Of a stretch of 64,000 bases of DNA, positions 13,623 to 30,145 are shown one piece after another. The position numbers and the translations under genes are program-made. The stretch comes from the human T2T-CHM13v2.0 reference genome, Homo sapiens. The stretch lies in the NCBI RefSeq assembly GCF_009914755.1, contig NC_060938.1; one strand, 5' to 3'. How positions within the stretch are numbered: position 1 is the stretch's first letter; each line of letters opens with the position of its first letter. The notes below the pieces were generated by a model. It saw only the letters and a list, made by a program, of their open reading frames with translations. It ran no database searches and had not been told where the DNA came from.

Positions 13623-14965
13623 TTAATGTAACTAGTTCTTATTGACACCTACTATATGCCCCACTCTAGAAAACTGTGGGTCTACATGGGTTTCCAGTGA
13701 ACTAGTCACGTAACCATGACTACAAACATTTAACACCAAACAAGATAAACTACCAATCCAAAAATGCAGGGTGGAAAATTCTGTTCACCTGTTCATCACT
13801 TAGGCAGTTTACTCACCCATTTGTTTTTTCATGGCTGACACAACATGTCTGTGAATTTTTCCCCACACTCTTGCTCCAACTACTCCCATCATCCCCAGCT
13901 CTAAGGCTGGAGCATTCCTGGTCATTTGAAGGTCTATTAGAATAACCCAGTAAAGTAGTTAAGTCTTAAAGATAATATCACATCACAGTAGGCCTGGGAT
14001 AAGATTTTCTCTGATAGCAAAATCATAACCCTTTCCAAAAAAAAGTACAAGCTGGAGGCCTTCTTTCCAGACCTTTGATCTTCAGCCTTATTATCGAAGA
14101 TTTTATTTAGACTTGGTTTTATTAATGTAAACGTGGGTGAGCCAGGGTGCCAATGGTGGGCAGAGAGAAAGATGACATGTATCTACCAGAAGGTGGCAGT
14201 GTTGTTTCTCCAAACATCTCACAGGTCAGACAGGCTCTAGAATGTCAGGATTAAAAACTAGGTGAGGTTATTTCTTGACCCATTCTATAATTAATTCACA
14301 CATACCATTTACAATTAACAATATGGTCTCAATCTACTGCAAGATTCATATCAAATAATTCCCAAAATATACACAGAGGTAAAACGTCATCAAAATAATT
14401 TTCTTTTAAAGTATAATATGAGTTGACAGAAATGTATTGATCATCACTTTGTGCAAGTTTTCCTGCTGAAGTTCTATGTAGAAGACAAATGGAAATAAAG
14501 GACCTAAGCCTTTAAGGAATTTGGGATATACCTGGGAAGAAAAACTATATTCATAAAATCATCAGAATGTCTCTCATTTGAAATTCCTGGCCCCAATCTA
14601 ATTAGGTGCTTCTAGATCTTTCCTCCTCTTAGACACTAAACTAGTCAATTCCCATCTAACCCTTAGGTCTCTATTCATCCTTAGCCTATCATGGACATGC
14701 TTTATTTACCCCTTTCACTTCTTTGACTTGAAGTATCTCAGCACTTTACATTTCTGGCGCTGGAAGGCAAAGAAAACAAGTCTTGAGGTAGCCCTTTCCC
14801 AGCGGAAACCAGGGGGACATTTCTCAACCCTTCTTCCCTGAGAGCCAAATAGTTCTGAACTCTGAGATCTTGGTAGGATGCCTGACTTGAGCCTTGCAAT
14901 TCTCCCAAGGCTTACTAGACAATGTGACATTTCCCACAGAAACCCCAGCAGCCTATCTACATTGA

Positions 14966-15291
<326 letters not shown>

Positions 15292-16781
15292 AGTAGCCAA
15301 TATTAAAAAAAAAAAAAAAAAAAGAATAAAAAGGCTTATATTGCTTATATTCCCCACAACTTTAACCATTTCACAACTACATTTTAGTATGTTTACTAAT
15401 ATGTTATAAAAAAGAAGGGTTAGTATTCTTTATATTCTCCTCAGCTTGCCTAAACAACAACAACAACAATAATAATAGTAATCAGTAGTCTATTGTAGGG
15501 TCTTTTTCTCTATCATGCAAGGGTTCTTGTTTGGTTGTGATTAAATGAAAGTCACTGTATGAACACCACGTCTATATTACTACCATGACTCAGAAAGCTC
15601 ATTAACTGAATATCTCTGACACAATTTTACATATCTCTGGAAATGACATAGTGGGGATAGGAGGAGTGGTTAGTTGTGCATTAGTCTATTTTACCACATT
15701 TACAGACAAAACAAATACTAGAGTCAGCTTACATCTACTGCTTTCTCTTCTCTCCACCATCTCTCAGATTTTAGGTTGTTTTATTAAAGTTCATTGCTGA
15801 GAACACAAAGGCTGATGCCACAGAGGGGAAAACGCCAGATCCACCACCGAACAGCTAAAGCCATATGCGCCTGCTCCATGAATGCCCATTTTTCATCTTT
15901 AGTGGGCTTCAAAGTTAAATAGCACAGACAACACAAAGGAAAATATGACCGCAGCAAAAGACAGAAACTACACTGTGGCTACAATTAAATCTTCATACCA
16001 ATCATGCATTTTTAATGTGAACGTTTATGGAAATTGTCTCTTGATGTTTAGGTGGTGTTTTTCATCATTGGTTATTTATGATGCTTTGATCCTGGAAACA
16101 TGAGCTAAATGAGAAAGCCAGAGAAAGGGATTCACTTAACAACGGATAACCTTGTTGTATCATAAATTACAAGAAGAAAGCCAATCATCTTTCAAGCTGC
16201 ATCATCATAAACAAACTTAAAAGAAGAAGCTACCAGGATTCATGGCAACTTTTTTGCTTCCCAACCTGGAATTCCCCAGTATGTGCTGTCTGACTGGTTT
16301 CTGTTCTCTAGTAGGGATAGATCCTTTGCCATGTTGATTAGCTTAATTGTGCCATTTTATTATTTGGGATGTGAACATAGAAAAAAATTTTTCAATAAAA
16401 TCGAAGAATTAATAGTTAAATGCCTTCAGCCAAGTAGAAATAGTTTAAGGGAGAGGGAGGTGATGGATATTAACATAAAATTAGGTCTGAGAGTAGAAAA
16501 AAAGAAAGGGCCTGAGAACCCCAGGAGCGAAGCTGGCTCTGAGCCTGTTCAGTTCTTCAGTGTTGATTCAGGTCTCTCAAAGTTAGACCTACAGAGGGGT
16601 CTTTATTCTGAAATATGAATGTGATATTCCTAGGAGAATATTATAAATCTGCAGTGGACGTTGTCCTGGGATTAAGCTTCTTCAAACAAATTCACCCATG
16701 TGAAAGTAACTGAACCCACATGCTGAGCCTCAAGGCGAGACCACCATTTATTTGATTGTACCTCTCCCAAATTATGTGTCT

Positions 16782-17233
<452 letters not shown>

Positions 17234-18074
17234 CTAGGGATAATCTCTAAAAATATTATAAACATATTGAAGATGCCTGGAGTAAATAGAAAAGCTAGGA
17301 ACTTGTGAGGCAGCTTATTTCCGTATCAGGAGGAGATCCCGTGACCATTCACATGTCTAAAGGAAACTTTCCAAGTTTTGCTTTTACAAAGCCAAGAAAT
17401 TTTGCACCCCATGGTAAATAAAATGCAACAAACAAGGTAAAAGAACTGTCTTAAGTGGTCTCATCAACTAGTTACCCACCAGGGATGACGGCTCCTGGCT
17501 TCCCTCCAGCCTGTGAACAAAGCCAGACCTCCCAGATCCCGGGCCCTGCTGACGTCTACCTTTTCTTAAGTCCATTCTTTAAGCAGCATCTTCCTGCCTA
17601 TCAGGCCTGGGCACCCTCCGAGGTAATGCGGAGAGCCGGAAGAGAGCTCTACAGAAAGGGGTGAAATCATTCATGGAATCTGCAGGAATTGGCATATTTT
17701 CTGAAATGGTTCCATGCATGACTTTATCACACATATTAGCTGCCCTGGCCCAAAAGGCAGGATCGTTGTCAAGACGAGATATTCAGTTCACTGCAGAGGA
17801 TGAGGACTCTAATAATAACAGTTAAAACCATTTCTGGAAGGATTCTATAATAACACACTTAGCTAACCACCTTTGAATCCACATACATAACATAAATAAG
17901 TGGAACTTTTTAAAAATGAAATAAAGTCACAGTTATTTCTTATTCTGAGTTGTGTTACATGATCCTGTTCACCTTGTGAAAAATCGTCAAGCTCTCCACT
18001 TAAAAGTGTGTGCATTTCCATATACTTCAGTAAAATGTTTCCTTTTAAAAAAAAAAGGCAGAGGATTGCTTTAG

Positions 18075-18420
18075 ATATGTTATCATCAAATTATGATCTG
18101 TAGGGCAAATCCTGCCACCTACTGCTTTTGATGACCTGTGATCTACAAATGGTTTGTATATTTTTTAATGGCTGGAAAAAATTAGAAACATATTTCATGG
18201 CACTTGAAAATTATATGAATTTATTGAAACACACTTACATTCGTTCCTTTACATATTGTCTAGGGCTGTTTTTGTGCTACAACACCACAGTTAAGCAGCT
18301 GCAACAGAGACGGTATGGGCTGCAAAGCTTAAAATATTTATATTATTATATGTTATTTATAAATATAAATATTTGTATTCATATCTGTCCCTTTACAGAA
18401 AATGTTTGCTCACCCTTGTT
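18075..18420. mobile_element. MER58 (hAT-Charlie) within old L1 3'UTR fragments (~17940-18850)
   Basis: gctacaac...gcaacagagac...gcaaagcttaaaatattta...ctttacagaaaatgtttgc. Confidence 0.7.
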
Positions 18421-21400
18421 CTAAATTAAAGAGCAAAAGTTATAGGACAACCATATGCAGTGCATGATTCTTGATGGTCCTAGATCAGAAAAAAAAAAAA
18501 TCTATAAAGAACATTTTTGGAAACAATTTGGGAAATGCAAATACGTTTTGTATAAAAGACAGTACATTTATAACAATGTTAAATTTCCTGGTGTGATAAC
18601 AGTATTGTGGCTATGTGAGAGGATGTCCTTGCTCTTAGGAGATACATACTCAAGTATGTAGAACAGGAAGAGTCTAATATTTGCAACTTACTTACAAATG
18701 ATTGGGGGAATATATACAAAGAGTGCACAAATGTATCACAAATGTGATAAAATGTTAACAGTCAATAAATGTAGGTAAAGGATATAAGGGTTTTTATCCT
18801 CCTATTCTTTCAGCATTTCTGGAGGTTTGCAAGTTTCCAAAATAAAAATAAATACAACCATAAAAACGATCATTTAAAAAGAACTCACCAGTCAGGATGT
18901 AAATGATTGATCAGTGGCACATGCTGAGGGTCAATTAGTTAATACAAGTGGTTTGAGGTTTGCATCTAAACCTCTTCAGCAGTTGTATTTTGGGGGTTGT
19001 CATCTATCAGCCCACAGTTCTCATCCTTGTGGCTTTTCTGAATTCTCCTTTCTGTTTTTTCTGAGCTGATTCCAGACGGCGAGGGGCTTACCAAAGATTT
19101 ACTTGTTATTTGATCTCCACATTTGTAGCAAATATGATAGTCAGTGTTTATCCTGTCTTTCAAGAAACTTTTTTTTTAATTACCCACATACAATGTGTTT
19201 TTTTTGTTTTTCCTAGTGGGTCATAGAAATCCATCATTAAGTGTCATTTTGCCTTTTAAGAATTATTTAATTCCTTGAAGATTTATTATCTCTTTAATCA
19301 GAGCAGATTCTTAACACACCAGTAATGACCAGTAATGTACCAGTAATTACACACCATTTTCAACCTATATTTCATCTGTGTATTTTTATGGGAGTTTCTT
19401 TTCTAAATTATGCTTTTGTCTGTGGGCAGTAGTTTTGCGGTTTAGGAACCAGCTGATATACAGTTTATCTTGAAAGGCTACATATGGATCTGCAAGGGCT
19501 TTGAAATTCCATTCAGAAGCACTTGCAGGCAGGGACCATAATGTATTGCTGATTCTGGAATGCAGTAAATGTAATTGTCACTCTTCGGGACCAGTCCCTT
19601 GACTTCCATGTCAGGTTGGCTCATTGTAATATAAAATCCATTTTATCACATTTATTTTGTCTCAGATTGTCAAGCAGAGGCTGTGCAGGTTGTGGATTCT
19701 CAAGGAAAAGAAAACAGCATTTGTTTTATTAATAGAGTCGATGGTTTCTTCAAAGCAAAAATGTAGATCAGAAACAAATTATGCTTTGCCCACTGGCTGA
19801 GATTTAAAATATCTCTCCAACTGTCACAGAAAAGAACTAGACTTAATTCAATGTAAAATGCATGAACCAGTTTCTAAAAATAAAATTGGAAGCACTTTAG
19901 TTGCTATAAACTTCATTCCAGGAAAGTGAGTTATATGAGTATTTTATATTGTTTTATGGGACTTGGAGATTAAAATGATTTTTGGTTGACATCGTGTCGG
20001 CTTCCTATTTGAATCAGTCCAGAATGAAGCTGAATAGAATTATAGGGGAAAAAATGAATGACCATTACTGGCAGTAAAACAACCAGGCTTTGCCAATAAC
20101 ATTTTAAACACATATACATACACTTTACACCCCCTCCAAATTTTTTATTGGTTATGTCCACATAGACTGAAAGTTCTACACCAGTGGTTCCTCTCAAAGC
20201 TCATTCCTGATGACTGAAACTGTTTTATGGCGTGGTCAGCTCCACAGTTTGGAGGAAGGGGGCAGTAATCATCTCTCTGTGACCCTCATATCCCCAAACT
20301 CCCATTCAAAGTCAGCAATAGGTAGTATTAACTTCTTCCTCTGCAAAGATTAAGCTCTGATGGAAATGAAATATTTGGTGAGCCCTGAACAGGGCTTTTG
20401 CAAAAGGAAGTGCAAAAGTTAAACAATCAGTCATAGGTAGTGGAATAATAGTTTATATATTTTTTCTTCTTGGCAAGTTCTTTTTATTGTCCAGTACTTC
20501 TGTCGTTTCTACCGAACCTTAACGCTGGGGCTTATTATCCCAATGAAGAAGGAACACCAAAAATCCCAGCATGAACGAAAGAATCGAATAATGGGCTCGA
20601 AAGCCTATGTTGAGTTCCAAAATAGGTTTTAGGCCTATGGCAGAGACAGATTTGAAGGAGGTTGGGGGAAGGTTTCTTAAGCTCCAGAAGGAAAAATACA
20701 TGAAGCACTCAGAACATAGTGTTTTACAACAAAGTCTAATCTCTGATTGCAAAAGAACTCGTCCCAAAATATAGAGAGATGATAAGAAGACTTGAGGGAG
20801 GGAGCTGGAGAGAACATGGGGAGTCAACCAGCTAAAGGGAGTTAGTGATGTGGTCTCTGTAAGAGGGTTCCACATGCTGCTCCCTCTGGGTCCAAAACCC
20901 TAGAAAAGAAGGGATGATGGAAACCTTCAGGAAGATGCAGGAAGACAAGACAGCAGAGGACTTTGTGTCTGAATTGCTGGGAGGAAGCTGCCTTCCAGGG
21001 CACCCCATGCCAACATGGAGTAGCTGCACTAAAATGGAAAGGATGAGTCAGGTTCAAGGAGAAAGGAGATGAGACCCCACCTCATACACAGATGCCACCT
21101 TGAAGGAGCCCCTGCAAGTGATCAGGGACTTGAGTGAGCACAGAGCGAACTAAAATATCAACTTGCAGAAGAGAAAGGGAGATTCTCACAGTAGAGGCTG
21201 TGGGATGGGCAGCCACAGTCAGAGTTGAGACGGAAAAATTTTGCTGAGTTTCAGAAGCTAGACAGCCACCGGCCAATGTTGAGGCAGGAACTATGGGAAA
21301 GCAACAGGGGAGACGCCAAAACCCAGCAGAGCAATGGTCCTGCAGTGAGCCTGTTGTGAGAACAGGCTTTGAGTGACAGCAACAGTGAATGCCAGTGGAG

Positions 21401-21556
21401 AAGTAATTGCAGATCAAAGGTTTCTCTGAGAATGTCAAGGTTATGCATAAGTCCTCCAGAGCCTCTGACCACTCCCAGGGAGATGGGAAGGAAAAGGAAG
21501 ATGAGGTGAAACAAAATGACTAGGTACCCCCAAAGAGACTGAGTTTAAGGTAAATG

Positions 21557-21776
21557 CAGTGGTTCTCAACCAAGGACAATTTTACACCTCCAGGGACATT
21601 TGATATGATCTGGAGACATTTTGTCGTTGGCACAACTAGGAAGGGCAGGAGGCTGCTGGCATCTTATGAGTGGAGGCCAGGGATGCCGCTAAACATCCCA
21701 AAACATGTGGGACAACCTTCACAACAAAGAATTATCCTGTCCAAAATGTGAAGAGTGTTGAGGTTGAGAAACCCTG
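21557..21776 (+). mobile_element. MER20 (hAT-Charlie), full length
   Basis: cagtggttctcaac...ggagacattttg...ggaggccagggatgccgctaaacatcc...gttgagaaaccctg, 220 bp. Confidence 0.9.
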
Positions 21777-21876
21777 AGCCAAAGTAACTGAGTTACTACT
21801 GTCGGCAGAAATGAGACTATGAGAAATGTTTTAAAAAGAAATTTACACTTTTGCACACCCAAATTCCTATAACTGA

Positions 21877-21901
21877 ACACACACACACACACACACACAC
21901 A
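21877..21901. repeat. (CA)n microsatellite
   Basis: About 12 units read directly. Confidence 0.95.
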
Positions 21902-21978
21902 ATAATACAAAGATGGAGTTTGAAGAAAATGGGGGAGTGGAAGTTAAAATGGTAGTACACAGCCTAAGAAATGTCAAA

Positions 21979-23330
21979 TTTTTTTTTAAGCTCACAACAG
22001 CACTTTTTTTTTTAGGCAAGGAGAAGTCTTGCTGAAAAGTTACAAGCAGTCAAAACGTGACTGTTAGTGGCACTATTTTGACCTTGTAGATTTTGCTTCT
22101 CCTTGGTCAAAAAAAGGGTATGCACACTACACTTTCCCCAGCTGGGCAAAAAAGAGGGCAGAGGAAACTGGAATAGACTTCTACTCTACTGACACTGCTC
22201 CTCAGACCCAACATCAAGCTAGAAAAGCCCTGGCTGCTCAGTCTAGTGGTTGTTGTTCCACCACTGAGTGACACAGGCCATGCTATATTTGCAAGAAAAA
22301 AATGAGCAGGAAAAACAAGTGTAGGTCACTGGGGATGAGCAGGCATCCACCCCTTCAAAACTCTGCATGGAAGAGGTAATCCTTATAAGAGGCACAGCTT
22401 ACCAAGGCACAGACCCTCCAGTTCTTGTTGTAGCTGAATAAGATGGTAATATCCTGGCTGCTTGGTTCAAAGTCTGTGACTCAGCAGTGCATTCTGGTAT
22501 CACAGACCTGGGGATCACCATCAAGTTCCTCTGCCTGGGGAACCGGATCCAAACCTGGATCGCCTGGCTATGATCACCTGGCTATGATTGCCTTGATCTT
22601 GGGATCCTCCAGGAGGGAAGGGTCCTCAGCCTTGGCCCAGAGGCTGTCAGGAGAGCCAAGGGGACTACAGGCAGTCACCATAATGCCTTTAGAGTGGCAG
22701 TACTGGATTAACTTCTGTGTGAGGCACAGGTGGCACTCCATTTGGTTAACTGCTGGCTTATACTTTAACCCAGGTTTGTTTAAGATCCTCTCAACCTGGA
22801 GATGGTTGAAGGTGGAGATGCCAGTAGCTTTCACCAGCCCTTCATCCACCAGCTCTTCATGGCCACCCGTGTGTCCACAATGTCAGTGTCACTGGGAACC
22901 ATGTTGCCTGACTCATCCAATGGGAAGGATTCCTTCCCACGCTTAAAGCTGGCTGGCCAGTGAACAAGGTAGTAGTCCAGGTAGCCCTGCTTAAGGTCAC
23001 TGAGCATCTTCTGACAGGCTCCTTTCACCAGGCCCTTCCCATGGTATGTGCACCAGAGTTTGCTGATGATGAAGAGCTCCTCACGCTTCACCATCTGCCC
23101 CCTGAGCTTCTCCTGAATGGCCACCCCTATCTCATTCTCATTCTCGTACCTGGGCTCAGTGGATGTGGCGGTACCTGATATCAATCGCCACCTTCACAGC
23201 CTTGGTCACCTGGCCTGGAGGGGACATTCAGATGCCCAGTCCCAGGATGGCCATCTTGGTGCCATTGTTGAGCATGAGGTGGCTGGCCATGGATGCAGTG
23301 CTTCCCAGACCCCTTCCCAGAAACATGCAC
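21979..23330 (-). pseudogene. AKR1B1P: Processed (retro)pseudogene of aldose reductase AKR1B1, full length with UTRs; disabled CDS 22355-23290
   Basis: Minus-strand translation MASHLMLNNGTKMAILGLGI*...[16 protein letters not shown]...DYYLVHWP...[18 protein letters not shown]...SPLGSPD...[11 protein letters not shown]...KDYLFHAEF* matches AKR1B1 with no introns. Stops at 23228-30 (Trp21) and 23156-58 (Cys45), frameshifts near 23148 and 22858. AKR1B1-like 3'UTR 21988-22354, poly(A) remnant as T9 at 21979-87, degenerate TSD agaaatgtcaaattt (21967-81) / agaaacttcaatattt (23331-46). Which numbered AKR1B1P locus this is cannot be told without BLAT. Confidence 0.96.
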
Positions 23331-23388
23331 AGAAACTTCAATATTTAAATATTAGGTAGGAAAAACCAGTAAAGAAAGACTTGGAAGA

Positions 23389-23783
<395 letters not shown>

Positions 23784-24329
23784 TCAACAAGGACAGAGTA
23801 AACTGTGTAAAATGCCCTAAGAAGTCAAGATGATAAGCTAAATGTATAGATTAGTTGAATTCTGCTTCTTGTCTATTAGGGGAGGTGGGGAGGAATGGGA
23901 TCCAGAGAACACATGAAAGGATTCACTTTAGATGGAAGAGATTCCTCCTCCACTGGAACAGGAGAGAAGAGAATAGGTGCTAATACAAGTAGGTTTATAA
24001 ATTGTATTGCAATAAATTGTGAATTTCCCACTTAGGAAGCAAAAAATCATCTGCTGAAATTGAGAGGAAGAGAAGAGAAGCCAAAGAGTGTGGAAGGTTT
24101 GAAATGGCAATTATAGAGAGTGGTGGGCCAGTCAATTAAAGAAACTTGGTAGGATGCACGGGCAGCACGGAGTGCCCAGTTGAGGCTGGTGACTATGAAA
24201 CTGTAGTGACAATGGGCACCTGTGTGTGATAGCGCCCCAGCACTTCTCAGCTGCTTGATGCAATCACAGAGATGACAAAATAGCTAGATTAGCCAACAGA
24301 GGGTTTGGTTAGGATCAGTGGTTATTTAA

Positions 24330-24495
24330 CTGGGATTTGTGTCAGAATCACACTGGGAATTTTTTGGGAACACTCACACACATGCATGGACTATGTCCCT
24401 GAGATTCCAGGCTCCATAAACCTGATGGTTGGCCAGGACATTTGTGTTCTGAGGAAGTTTCCCAGTAATGTGCAGCAGCAGTTAGGAACCACTCA
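24330..24495. mobile_element. MER5A-type relic amid L2 fragments
   Basis: tcagaatcac...gagattc...gttaggaaccact. Confidence 0.55.
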
Positions 24496-24659
24496 TCAGT
24501 TCAGGTGCAACTAAAGAAGACTGACAAGGGAGTGAGCAAGAGTGATATTGGAACAATGGGCAGTAAAATCTAAGCCAAATTCAAGAGAAAGGTAAAGACA
24601 CAGCGTCTCACAGGTAGGGTTAATGCAGAGATCAATAGGTAGGAGATCCCATAAAGTCA

Positions 24660-25014
<355 letters not shown>

Positions 25015-25104
25015 GGCAAATTTAGAAGACATTTTTATTCTCATCATAACTTTTTATGGAGAAGAAAAAAATAACCTATAATCTCCCATAAAGCAGTGTT
25101 TTTG

Positions 25105-25589
<485 letters not shown>

Positions 25590-27886
25590 GGCAGTGTTTT
25601 CTTGTAAATGATGGCCCAGATATGCTTGCTATTTCTTTGGTACTAATTAACCACTGAAATTTCCGCAGATTGATTAGGTCATAGAATGCTGCCCATGGTG
25701 GTTATAAGCATTTCCCCCATTATTCACAGATGTCTGCCCACAGTGGACAAAGAATAAAAAGAGGAACACATTTTAAGTATGGAAAGAGAAAATCCATGAT
25801 GAGAAAGGCTGTCCCTACACTGACAGCTGGAGCTCCTGGGGAACCTTTAATCACTTTACCTTAAGCCATGGTTTCTTGTCATCCAAACTGCAAGAGAGTA
25901 ACACTAAATAAGAGACAGAGGTTGTGACATTCTTATACAATTCATACTTTGCCATTTTCCTGTAAATTTACTTTTATAATTCTCCTTATAGTAAATAAAG
26001 TTATCCCTAAAAAAGAACATTATTTTAGGATGGAGGCAATAAGAACACTTTGAATAATGAGATCCTTAGAAAATGAATTCGGAGAATTTTCACCTCTGGA
26101 TAATAAATTATTTAGATAGATCATCTCTTTAAGACCAATGAATCTTTAAAGTTGTCTGCTTCTAATTTCAAGAATATTAGCTATGATCTGTGATATTCTC
26201 ATCCCCCAGCAGCCCTTCTGCCCAACACTACCAGCAAGGAAGATTGCTTGCGCATTGGGTTCAGTGTCTAACTCCGCTGGCATAGTGGAGACTGAGCCTG
26301 TGCACTGGCCTGAGGGGCTGAACAAAGTCTGTGAAGAGAAGAGAACACCCTCTGAAAATTGGCCTCCTAGCCTGGCCTAAGGGTGACTTCGCCTGTCACA
26401 CTCTATGGGGTTGGCCAATGGTGAAGTAGTCCCTCCTTGTAGCATTCCCTCAGGGACAAGTTTCTATATTAAAATCTAGTGGCTTCCCGAGCTTTGTTTT
26501 GTTTTGGTTTTTTTCCCAGGATTGGGTCCAAACTCAATGGCAGAGAAGACTCTTCAGGGTCCAGCCGCTGGCTCCATCTCTAGCCCCTCTCCTATCACTT
26601 TTCTCTCTCTCTCTGAAGCCTGCACACCAGCCACACCAAGTGACAGTATTTTGGGGTGATAACATGCTCTCATGACTGTGTTTTGTACATACGTCTTATA
26701 CACAATCCCCTAAACCTCCCGGTTGGGAGACAGAGATTCTATTCCCAGCTTTGCCATCAACCATACAGGTGACCTCAGTTTCTCTGTCTATAAAATAAGG
26801 GGATTAGAGGCTTAATCATTGCTAAGTTGTGGCCTATGGTTCAAATCTGGCTCCATACAAGCTTAGACATGCATTGTGTGTGTGTGTGTGTGGGTGTATC
26901 ACCCTCCAGTCCAGCCTAGTCCCCCACTTTCTCTCTTCTATACCTAGCAGTGTTACACATTTACATCAGTTTCTGGCCCTTAAAGGTACATTAATAGGCC
27001 AACAAGAGGCCAGATGCTCTCTAAGGTTTCTTCCATGTGAAATAAATTAACTCCAAAAACACAGGCTGAAGCAGATGGTAAATGTGCAAGAAATGCATAA
27101 AAGACCTCAGCGTCAGGTACTAGAGACCCTATCAAATAGTCCTGGACTGACACCAAGACCTTTATAAACAATCAGATTCCCTTGACTGATCCCATATGGC
27201 TAACGAATTTGCTTTCTTTTACCACGTGGCTTAGCAGGTATTAGCACCATCGCTCCCGGGATGGTCTGCTTTTCCACACAAAATCAAACTGATTTCTCCA
27301 CAGAACACCTGTTCCTTTTGAAGCTGTAACCCAATGATCAATAATCTTTATTTTCCTTCCTGAATAATAATTTACAAGAGAGAAAACCGAGGTCCTACTA
27401 TTTCTCATTTTAACACGGACTAGTATCTGCAAGTTTCTGTTGTAACAGAGGAAATCTGGAGCCCATTTCTCTCAACCACTTGAGTTTGACAGGATCATGA
27501 ACCACTGGAATTCCAGTCCACCCTGGGGAAACATGTTGTTCAGACCTGTGATATATGCTCATCTACTCCCAACATCCATTTCCTTTGACATAAAGTATAT
27601 GGCCTTTCCTCTGACCAAAGCCCACTTCTTCTTAAACTAGTTTGAACTTTTTTTGCACTAAACTACATGCTGATCAGGTGTGGCAGAAACAAATAAATCA
27701 TCCAATTTTCCCAAAGAGAAAAGGCTATGACGAATGCTAAAAGGCAGAGGGCTGGATCAGAGGGTCTCTTAAGACCCCTTCTAGCTCATCTGTTTTATAA
27801 CTCTAAGTTCATTAAAAGATTGTGCCAAAACAGTGGATGCCTCATAGTAATTCATGAATAGAAATTATTACTGAAAAAGAAATGTA

Positions 27887-28573
<687 letters not shown>

Positions 28574-29846
28574 TCACTGAGCATGTTCACGTGGAGACAA
28601 CAAATTCTGGACATCAAAGGAAAGGTCAAAGTAACATGGGGCTAGAATATGCAGAGTGGTGCCCAGAGATTTGAGAATTATGTTCAGGTGATGATCTACA
28701 GCTCTGAAGACTCCAGACCTGAGATCTTCGGGATGATTTATGACTGCAGAGCTGTGTGCAAGAAATTTATTTGGAAGTGGAGCAAAGAAAGATGAGCTAG
28801 TGTCTCAATAAGTGCTTGTAATCCTGTGAGAAATAGCTAAGTCCTTTTAAAATTTATAACAAATATATGAACATTTCGGATCTTGATTACCTTTTGGAAA
28901 TGAGTACATACTGTGACTGAAAAGATAGGGTGGGAATACATGCAACCAGAATCATGGTGGTTTTCAATTAATCTCATTCCTTTGACAATTTATCTTTTAT
29001 TTCTGAAACTTATTTGGCTAGGCATTATATCAACTAAGAACTCTACAAGTTGACTATATGGTATAATCACAGAACTACATTCTAATAACTGTTCATCTGC
29101 ACAGCAGTCAAAAGGGCTGCTTTGCATGCACGTGGCAAAAGAGATCAATATGAGAAAGAAGAAAAAACAACAAAAGGGAAAGAAGAGTGAATGGGAGGAA
29201 GGGAGGGAGGAAGGAAGGGAGGGAGGAAGCCAGGAAGAAAAAAAAGTTTTTTAAGTTAAGCAAATTATTAACTTATTCCATCTCCAAAGTTGAAAAAGAT
29301 CAGACAGTTACTAAAATAAACAATTTCCCCCCCAAATCTATTTTGGTTCTTATTTTTTGAACTTTTTTCGTCTATTACTTCAGTAAGTTGTACCTTTTGT
29401 TTCTATAATTTAGTGGTTACCCGAGAAATATAATACCATACCCATGCTTATGAAAGACTAAAGTGAATGAAAATCTTTACCATGTTCTCAAATGATACAA
29501 AGCTTAAATTGTGCTAAATTAATAAAACCTATGGAAAGAAAAGAGAGAAGGGAAGAAAATAAAGAAGGAAGAAAGGAAAGTGGGGGGAGGAGGATACAAG
29601 AATCGAGAGAGAAATTTTCTGAAAAGATGTTTTAAAGAATGGCCTTAAGAAGGCAGACATCAAAGTCCTACAGATAGGGTAGAATAAAATGTGAGCTCAA
29701 AAAGAGAAAGTGCTTTGCCCAACATCACACAGATAGGAACAGAGCCAGGACTTGAACAAAATCTAGTACCCTTTCCCATAATCTCATGCTGCTTCACTAG
29801 AGACTGCTACTCAGTGCATGTGGCTTCCAAAGAAGTCCCAAAGGCA

Positions 29847-30145
<299 letters not shown>

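Noticed and set aside
18966-19163. 65-aa minus-strand ORF with a CxxC motif
   Set aside because: Non-ATG start, no recognisable family, no clear splice acceptor.
20490-21530. Purine-rich stretch that may be an ancient LTR
   Set aside because: I could not match it to a family or find terminal signatures; left unannotated.
22443-22946. 167-aa plus-strand ORF
   Set aside because: Antisense shadow of the AKR1B1 pseudogene CDS; no independent evidence of coding.
22574-23184. AKR-like ORFs of 91 and 117 aa as a functional enzyme
   Set aside because: Fragments between frameshifts and stops; they cannot form the TIM barrel.
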